A stretch of 64,000 bases of DNA from Polaromonas sp. (GTDB lineage Bacteria; Pseudomonadota; Gammaproteobacteria; Burkholderiales; Burkholderiaceae_C): the NCBI GenBank assembly GCA_040381515.1, contig JBEIHE010000001.1, positions 5,841 through 69,840 of the forward strand, given 5' to 3'. Positions 57,728-64,000 of the stretch are shown here, in pieces. The notes below the pieces were generated by a model. The model did not search any database. It saw only the letters and a program-made list of their open reading frames with translations, and was not told the DNA's origin. Position 1 is the stretch's first letter, and each line of letters begins with the position of its first letter. The translations under genes and the position numbers were made by a program.

Positions 57728-58927
57728 TCATGAAAGGGTGGACAGACCCCGCAGCAAGTCGGCCTGGATGTCGTCCAGGTGTTCAAGACCCACCGCAATA
57801 CGGATCAGGCCTTGCGTGATCCCGGCCGCCTGCCGCTGCGCCTCGGTCAGCCGGCCGTGCGAGGTGCTGGCCGGGTGGGCCACCAGGGTTTTGGTGTCGC
57901 CCAGGTTGGTCGACAGGGACAACACACGCAGTTGATCGAGCACATGAAAAGCCCGCGCGCGGTCCTGCTCAGGGCTTTGTCCCCCGACATCAAAGGAAAT
58001 CACCGCCCCGCCCACACCAGACTGCTGCCGCATGGCCAAGGCATGCTGGGGATGCTCGACCAGGCCCGGATGATGCACACGCCCCACCCGTGGCTGCTGC
58101 CTGAGCCAGTGCGCCAGTTCAAGGGCTTGCGCACTCTGCGCCTGGATGCGCAGGCCCAGGGTTTCCAAGCCCTTGAGCACCACCCAGGCGTTGAAGGGCG
58201 AAAGGGTCATCCCTGCGCTGCGCAGCACCGGCATGAACTTTTCCGAGATCAGGTCACTGCGGGCACACAGGGCGCCAGCCAGCACCCGGCCCTGCCCGTC
58301 CAGATACTTGGTGCCCGAGTGCATCACGATGTCAGCCCCAAACTGCACAGGCTGCTGCAAGACCGGGGTCGCAAAGCAGTTATCCACCGCCAGCAGAGCC
58401 CCCGCGCTGTGTGCAATGTCGGCCAGGGCGGCAATATCGCAAACCTCGGTCAGCGGATTGGTCGGCGTCTCGGCAAACAGCAAGCGTGTGCCAGGGCGCA
58501 GGGCCGCGCGCCATTCATCGATGTCGGTCTGTGAGACAAAGGTCGAGGCCACGCCAAACTTGCCAAACTCACCAGCGATCAGCTTGATGGTCGAACCAAA
58601 GACCGATCGCGAGCAGACGACATGGTCGCCCGACTTGAGCAGGCCCATGCACAGCATCAGGATGGCCGCCATCCCGCTGGAGGTGGCAATCGCACCTTCG
58701 GTGCCTTCCATGGCGGCCAGACGCTTTTCGAAGCTGGCCACAGTGGGATTGCCGTAGCGGGCGTAGGTGAAACCTTCCTCATCGCCGGCAAAGCGGTCGG
58801 CGGCAGCCTGGGCCGAGGGCTGGACGTAGCCGCTGGTCAAAAACAGGGCCTCGGAATTCTCGCCGTACTGGCTGCGCTCCAAAGCAGCACGTACCGCCAG
58901 AGTCTCGGCGTGGAGTTTTTCGTTCAT
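57728..58927 (-). CDS. metZ: O-succinylhomoserine sulfhydrylase
   Basis: RSQYGENSEALFLTSGY, YARYGNPTV, AETPTNP, HSGTKYLDGQGR, NLGDTKT. Confidence 0.94.
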   Translation of the reverse strand: MNEKLHAETLAVRAALERSQYGENSEALFLTSGYVQPSAQAAADRFAGDEEGFTYARYGNPTVASFEKRLAAMEGTEGAIATSSGMAAILMLCMGLLKSGDHVVCSRSVFGSTIKLIAGEFGKFGVASTFVSQTDIDEWRAALRPGTRLLFAETPTNPLTEVCDIAALADIAHSAGALLAVDNCFATPVLQQPVQFGADIVMHSGTKYLDGQGRVLAGALCARSDLISEKFMPVLRSAGMTLSPFNAWVVLKGLETLGLRIQAQSAQALELAHWLRQQPRVGRVHHPGLVEHPQHALAMRQQSGVGGAVISFDVGGQSPEQDRARAFHVLDQLRVLSLSTNLGDTKTLVAHPASTSHGRLTEAQRQAAGITQGLIRIAVGLEHLDDIQADLLRGLSTLS

Positions 58928-58950
58928 GCGCAACTCTTTCAAAAGCGCTG

Positions 58951-60456
58951 TCAGGCTGCCTGGGCGTTGGGTAGGGCGAGCCGGGAATGGTCGGCTTCCG
59001 ACTCTTCTTCGCCCCCGCCCCGATTTTCGTTCATGCGAGCGATCGAATCAGCTGTGACATCGCCTGTGATGTACAGACCATCAAAACACGAGGCATCGAA
59101 GCCATCGAGCCGAGGGTTGATCGAACCGATGGCTCGCTTCATGGACTCCACATCCTGGTAGATGAGAGCGTCACAGCCAATCACTTCTCGCACCTGTTCG
59201 ATGGTGCGCTCGTGAGCCACCAATTCATCGGGGGTGGGCATATCGATGCCATAGACGTTCGGGTAGCGCACAGGCGGGGCCGCGCTGGCCAAGTAGACCT
59301 TGCGAGCGCCAGCATCGCGAGCCATCTGCACAATCTCGCGGCTGGTGGTCCCACGAACGATCGAATCATCGACCAGCAGCACATTGCGTCCCTTGAACTC
59401 GCTGGCAATCACATTGAGCTTTTGCCTGACCGAGCGCTTGCGCACCCCCTGACCGGGCATGATGAAGGTCCTACCCACATAGCGGTTCTTGACAAAACCC
59501 TCCCGGTACGGGAGGCCCAGCAACTGGGCCAGTTGCATGGCGCTGGGACGGCTCGACTCGGGAATGGGAATCACCACATCGATGTCCTGGGGGGGCACAG
59601 TGGAGATCACCCGCTTGGCCAGGGTCTCGCCCAGGTTGAGTCGTGCCTGATAGACCGAAATGCCATCGAGCATGGAGTCCGGTCGCGCCAGATAGACATA
59701 CTCGAAGATGCAAGGCATCAGTCGGGGCTGCTCGGCGCACTGCTGCGCGTGCAAGCGCCCCTGCAGATCAATAAACACCGCCTCGCCCGGCTGGATATCC
59801 CGCTCAAACTGATGCCCCGTTCCCTCCAAGGCCACCGACTCACTGGCCACCACCCAGGTCTGACTTTGACGACCCAGGCACAGGGGCCGAATACCGAAGG
59901 GATCACGAAAAGCCAACAGCCCATGGCCGGCGATCAGCGCCACGACCGCGTAGGATCCCTTGAGCCGCCGGTGCATGCCACGCACCGCCTCGAACACATC
60001 CTCTGGCTTCAGAGGCAGGCCACGGGTGGTCTTCTCGAGCTCGTGCGCGAGCACATTGAGCAAAACTTCCGAGTCGCTCTCGGTATTGATATGCCGATGG
60101 TCAACGGAAAACAATTCAGCCTTGAGCGCTGCGGCATTGGTCAGATTACCGTTGTGCACCAATACCAAACCAAAAGGGGCATTGACGTAAAAGGGCTGAG
60201 CCTCCTCTTCGCTGAAGGCATTGCCCGCCGTGGGATAGCGCACCTGACCCAGACCGATACTGCCAGGCAGTGCGCGCATATTCCGTGTTCTAAAGACATC
60301 ACGCACCATGCCCTTGGCCTTGTGCATGAAAAACTTTTGACCGCGCTGCGTCACGATGCCGGCCGCATCCTGCCCCCGATGCTGCAGCAACAGCAATCCG
60401 TCATAGATCAGCTGGTTGACCGGTGCATCACTGACGACGCCAAAAATTCCGCACAT
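58951..60456 (-). CDS. purF: Amidophosphoribosyltransferase
   Basis: N-terminal MCGIFG, QHRGQDAAG, LLVDDSIVRGTTS. Confidence 0.98.
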   Translation of the reverse strand: MCGIFGVVSDAPVNQLIYDGLLLLQHRGQDAAGIVTQRGQKFFMHKAKGMVRDVFRTRNMRALPGSIGLGQVRYPTAGNAFSEEEAQPFYVNAPFGLVLVHNGNLTNAAALKAELFSVDHRHINTESDSEVLLNVLAHELEKTTRGLPLKPEDVFEAVRGMHRRLKGSYAVVALIAGHGLLAFRDPFGIRPLCLGRQSQTWVVASESVALEGTGHQFERDIQPGEAVFIDLQGRLHAQQCAEQPRLMPCIFEYVYLARPDSMLDGISVYQARLNLGETLAKRVISTVPPQDIDVVIPIPESSRPSAMQLAQLLGLPYREGFVKNRYVGRTFIMPGQGVRKRSVRQKLNVIASEFKGRNVLLVDDSIVRGTTSREIVQMARDAGARKVYLASAAPPVRYPNVYGIDMPTPDELVAHERTIEQVREVIGCDALIYQDVESMKRAIGSINPRLDGFDASCFDGLYITGDVTADSIARMNENRGGGEEESEADHSRLALPNAQAA

Positions 60457-60469
60457 GTGCGCATGCCCT

Positions 60470-60955
60470 TCAAACTAGAAACCGGGAGAGCGGCTCGGGA
60501 AGCGCCGGCTTGAGTCCGGCCAGAACCACCGCCAGCAGGGGGGCAATCTGCGACTGCTCCCACCAATCCGACCGCTTCAGGGGCGTCAGATCCACCACCA
60601 CCGCCAGCGCCAGCAAAATAACCAAGCCGCGCAAGGTGCCGAAAGCAGCGCCCAAAACACGATCAATAGGCTGCAGACCCACCACCGAAATCAGCTTGCG
60701 CGACAAGGAAGCCAACAGGCCAGCCACCACCAGGCAGACCAAAAAAGTGAGCGCAAAAGCGACTGCATAACGCACCGGATCTGACAGCCCCTGCAGAGGC
60801 AGATGCGCTGCAATCGTCACCGCAAGCCATTGGGCCACAAAAAAAGCGGTCACCCACCCCAGCAGGGACAGCACCTCGAAGACCAGACCGCGCCAAAGAC
60901 CGACCAGCAAGGACAAGAGCACGATGCCGAGCAAGATCCAGTCAGCGCTGGTCAT
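60470..60955 (-). CDS. cvpA: CvpA family (colicin V production) membrane protein
   Basis: DWILLGIVLLSLLVGLWRGLVFEVLSL, DRVLGAAFGTLRG; sits before purF. Confidence 0.93.
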   Translation of the reverse strand: MTSADWILLGIVLLSLLVGLWRGLVFEVLSLLGWVTAFFVAQWLAVTIAAHLPLQGLSDPVRYAVAFALTFLVCLVVAGLLASLSRKLISVVGLQPIDRVLGAAFGTLRGLVILLALAVVVDLTPLKRSDWWEQSQIAPLLAVVLAGLKPALPEPLSRFLV

Positions 60956-60962
60956 GGTCGGC

Positions 60963-61703
60963 TCACAATGCCAAGATCGAAGCGGGCAGGTCCAGCGCCT
61001 TGATCTTGGCCGCGACCTGCTCGGCTTCCTCGCGACTCGAGTAGGGGCCTACACGCACGCGGGTCCGCTGGCCGTCCTTGGTTTCGACCACCTGGGTATA
61101 AGTCTTCAGACCCGCCTTTTCGAGCTTCTGCCGGGTCTCGCGCGCCTTGGCCGGATCGGCATAAGCGCCCACCTGTACCACCACCCGCGACGATCCCGAA
61201 GCAGCCGCTGACTCCTGCTTGCCACCCGGTGCAGCCGGCGTGCGGCTTGCTTGCACCTTGGGTGCGGGCCCTGGTGCATCCGCTGAGGAAGGAACCGAAG
61301 CAGCGGCCGATGATTTTGGAAGGATCTCCTCCTGCGCCTGCAGACTGGCCTGCGCCGGCACCGGAGAGGGCACAGCCGATTGAGTCGACGTCGCCGGCGC
61401 AGTCGGCGCGGTTGGCGCGGCCGGTGCAGGCGCGACCTGGGGCGGCGCAGGGGAGACGATAGGAGTACCCGGCTTGACCGTGCTTCGCGACGGAATTTCA
61501 ATGGCGATGTCAACAGGAACCGGGCGCGGCTGGCTGTCGAAAATCAAGGGAAATCCCAGGACTGCAATCAAGACCAGGATAGACGCACCGATCAGCCGAT
61601 GCCGAGCGCGCTTGCGCACCACCTCCACACTTTCGGCACTGGAGGCCGAGGCATTGGGCTTGACGCTGGCGTTGCGGTCACGGCGAAAGCTAAAAAACGG
61701 CAT
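60963..61703 (-). CDS. dedD: SPOR-domain cell division protein (DedD-like)
   Basis: RARHRLIGASILVLIAV TM, Pro/Ala linker, VVQVGAY...TRVRVGPY SPOR domain; folC-dedD-cvpA-purF order. Confidence 0.88.
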   Translation of the reverse strand: MPFFSFRRDRNASVKPNASASSAESVEVVRKRARHRLIGASILVLIAVLGFPLIFDSQPRPVPVDIAIEIPSRSTVKPGTPIVSPAPPQVAPAPAAPTAPTAPATSTQSAVPSPVPAQASLQAQEEILPKSSAAASVPSSADAPGPAPKVQASRTPAAPGGKQESAAASGSSRVVVQVGAYADPAKARETRQKLEKAGLKTYTQVVETKDGQRTRVRVGPYSSREEAEQVAAKIKALDLPASILAL

Positions 61704-61747
61704 GAGCGAGCAACGAAGTCCGTGCGACAAAGAAAACCGGCCGTCCG

Positions 61748-63094
61748 TCAATTGGACAGATGCTGGGCCGACATACGTGGCAGACCGCCTTCGAGGACGC
61801 CCCCGACAGTCAGGAAGGACCCGAAGACCACAATTCTATCAGCGGGGTCTGCTTCGGCCAGGGCTCGCTCCAGCGCTTGACGCGGTCCGGCATGGGTGCT
61901 GCAGACCGCTAAGCTAGCCGGCGCAGCCGCTTGCCAACGCGCCTGCAGCTCAGCCGCTGAGGCCGCCCGGGTAGTGGGCAGATCGCAAAAATACCAGCGA
62001 TCGACCAAGGGGCTGATCCGCGCAAGCATGGCCGGCAAGTCCTTGTCGGCCATGGCGCCCAGAACCGCATGGGTGCGAGGATAGAAACCCATCGCGTCCA
62101 AATTCTCGCTTAAGGCGGCCACCGCGTGCGGATTGTGGGCCACGTCCAGAACCAGAACCGGCTGACCGGGCACGATTTGGAAGCGCCCGGGCCACTCCAC
62201 CAGAGCCAGACCGTTGCGCACCGACTGGGCAGTGACCGGCAACCGGTCCCAAAGGGCCGCCAAGGCCGCCAGTGCACCCGACGCATTGAGCAATTGGTTG
62301 GCCCCACGCAAAGCCGGATAGGCCAGGCCAGAGTAACGTTTGCCGCGGCCGCTCCAGTTCCACTGCTGCTTGTCACCGGCAAACTGAAAGTCAGGGCCGA
62401 TCTGCCAGAGATCGGCATCGAGCAGGCGCGCCGCCTTCAAAACACTCTCCGGCGGTGAGGGGTCGCTCACGATCACCGGCTTACCGGCGCGAATGATGCC
62501 CGCTTTCTCCCGGCCGATCGACTCGCGGTCAGGCCCCAGAAACTCCATGTGATCGAGATCGATGCTGGTGATGATGGCGCAGTCGGTGTCGATCAGATTG
62601 ACCGCATCCAGGCGTCCGCCCATGCCCACCTCCAGAATGACCACATCCAGTTCGGTGTGCGCCATCGCTGACAGAATGGCCAACGTGGTGAACTCAAAAT
62701 AGGTCAGGGCCACCTCGCCGCTGATGTCTTGCGGCCGACCTGGAAGGTAGCGCAGATCGCTGCCGCAGCGAGCACGCTCGACGGCCTGGAAATGGGGCAG
62801 CAGCACCTCCGTGCGAATAGATTGCCCACGCAGACGACAGCGCTCCTCAAAATGCACCAAATGGGGCGAGGTGTAGAGCCCCACCCGATAGCCCGACTGC
62901 ATCAGGATGGACTCAAGCATGGCGCAGGTCGAGCCCTTGCCGTTCGTGCCGGCCACCGTAATGACCGGACAATCAAACTTGAGCTTCATGCGATGCGCTA
63001 CCGCGCGCACCCGCTCCAGGCCCATCTCAATGCCCTTGGGATGCAAGCGCTCGGCGTGCGCCAACCATTGCGGCAGTGTTTGAGGCGTGTCCAT
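61748..63094 (-). CDS. folC: Bifunctional dihydrofolate/folylpolyglutamate synthase
   Basis: VAGTNGKGST, YTSPHL, LEVGMGGRLDAVN, WPGRFQ, LDVAHNPHA. Confidence 0.97.
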   Translation of the reverse strand: MDTPQTLPQWLAHAERLHPKGIEMGLERVRAVAHRMKLKFDCPVITVAGTNGKGSTCAMLESILMQSGYRVGLYTSPHLVHFEERCRLRGQSIRTEVLLPHFQAVERARCGSDLRYLPGRPQDISGEVALTYFEFTTLAILSAMAHTELDVVILEVGMGGRLDAVNLIDTDCAIITSIDLDHMEFLGPDRESIGREKAGIIRAGKPVIVSDPSPPESVLKAARLLDADLWQIGPDFQFAGDKQQWNWSGRGKRYSGLAYPALRGANQLLNASGALAALAALWDRLPVTAQSVRNGLALVEWPGRFQIVPGQPVLVLDVAHNPHAVAALSENLDAMGFYPRTHAVLGAMADKDLPAMLARISPLVDRWYFCDLPTTRAASAAELQARWQAAAPASLAVCSTHAGPRQALERALAEADPADRIVVFGSFLTVGGVLEGGLPRMSAQHLSN

Positions 63095-63153
63095 GGCCTT
63101 ATTGTCTCGCAGCAAACCCCCGCCTTTGCGGGCGGTCCTGACAGAATAGACGC

Positions 63154-63507
63154 ATGATCGAACTCTACGGCATTCCCAATTGCGACACAGTCAAGCGGGC
63201 GAAAGCCTGGCTGGACCAGGCCGGCGTGAGCTACCGGTTCATCGACTTTAAAAAAGCGGGTGTCCGTGCGGATCAACTGCGACTTTGGGCCAAAGCGGTC
63301 GGATGGCAAAGACTCCTGAACCGACAAGGCAGCACCTGGCGCAAGCTCGATCCCACGGTGCAGGCCAGCGTGGTCGATGAGTCCAGTGCCTGCGATTTGA
63401 TGAGCCAGCATCCCAGCCTGATCAAGCGGCCGGTGGTGCAGTGGCCCGGCCTGATCAGCGTCGGTTTCGACGCCCAAGCCTTCCAGCAGCAGATAGGGGG
63501 CGACTGA
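63154..63507 (+). CDS. ArsC/Spx/MgsR (YffB-like) family protein
   Basis: LYGIPNCDTVKRA, LLNRQGSTWR, PSLIKRPVV. Confidence 0.92.
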   Translation: MIELYGIPNCDTVKRAKAWLDQAGVSYRFIDFKKAGVRADQLRLWAKAVGWQRLLNRQGSTWRKLDPTVQASVVDESSACDLMSQHPSLIKRPVVQWPGLISVGFDAQAFQQQIGGD

Positions 63508-63640
63508 ACCGAAACTCGGGTTTACCCAAGCTTTACCTGGGTATGTGCACCAAAGGGACCGGCCGGCCGTTAAATCAGCAATCATTCGATTGCGTCTTGA
63601 ACCACACTGCACTGACCGTTCCAAAAAGAAGGAGATCGTC

Positions 63641-64000
63641 ATGAAATCCATCGCCCTTTCCCTGACCCTTGCAGGCATGGCTGCCACCGGAACCCCCGCT
63701 TTAGCGCAGGAAGTTCTGGCGCGGGTGCTGTCGAGCACCGCCGTTATGCAGCAAGTGGCTGTACCGCGCCAGGTCTGCACCACCCAGCCGGTAGTGCAAC
63801 AAAGCCAGCCCTCCGGCGCAGGAGCGGCCATGGGAGCCATCGCAGGCGGCGCGATGGGTAACGCGATCGGGGATGGCTCGGGACGGGCCATCGCCACCAT
63901 GATCGGCATCGTCGGAGGCGCCGTCCTTGGCAACAAGATCGAGGGGACGCGCGAGGAGGTTCGCAACGTACAACAGTGCACGATTCAAACCACCTATGAA
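63641..64000 (+). CDS. Glycine-zipper 2TM domain protein, truncated by window edge
   Basis: ATG at 63641 after AAGGAG; MKSIALSLTLAGMAA...VPRQVC...GAGAAMGAIAGGAMGNAIGDGSGRAIATMIGIVGGAVLGNKIE. Confidence 0.85.
   Translation, partial: MKSIALSLTLAGMAATGTPALAQEVLARVLSSTAVMQQVAVPRQVCTTQPVVQQSQPSGAGAAMGAIAGGAMGNAIGDGSGRAIATMIGIVGGAVLGNKIEGTREEVRNVQQCTIQTTYE

Noticed and set aside
58987-60513. 508-aa plus-strand ORF
   Set aside because: Antisense shadow of purF.

Overview
A GC-rich (roughly 63-65%) chromosomal window that is mostly housekeeping genes. Gene order and protein sequences point to a betaproteobacterium of the Burkholderiales, probably Comamonadaceae (inference). Core blocks: ndk-rlmN-pilW-rodZ-ispG; scpB-rluB; rluD/bamD; sucA-sucB-lpdA-zapE-hyp-dinG/yoaA with a sucA RNA motif in the leader; gshA-ylqF; msrA; a TetR-MFP-RND efflux operon followed by pcm-rhodanese-tolC; pgm-waaC-waaA; ogt-DMT; a zrg-like ABC cluster; folC-dedD-cvpA-purF-metZ-gltX followed by tRNA-Ala/Glu/Asp. 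No integrase, transposase, prophage or CRISPR array was seen. The accessory-like stretch is about 18.3-32 kb. It holds an acuI-prpE pair, a degenerate NYN-domain protein, an orphan rfaH, an alpha/beta hydrolase, arfB, and an IclR-controlled protocatechuate module. In that module the normally fused QuiC1/QsuB 3-dehydroshikimate dehydratase appears as two genes in inverted order, and the HPPD-like half lacks its iron-binding His residues. The stretch ends with a stand-alone form-II CoxL-like molybdoenzyme. Other oddities: six clustered substitutions in the conserved phosphate-binding loop of PMM/PGM, an AT-shifted waaC, a strong G-quadruplex motif and several unannotated ORFs with good RBSs. Start codons were re-picked by eye where the ORF track over-extends. 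All family assignments come from recognising motifs, not from database searches.
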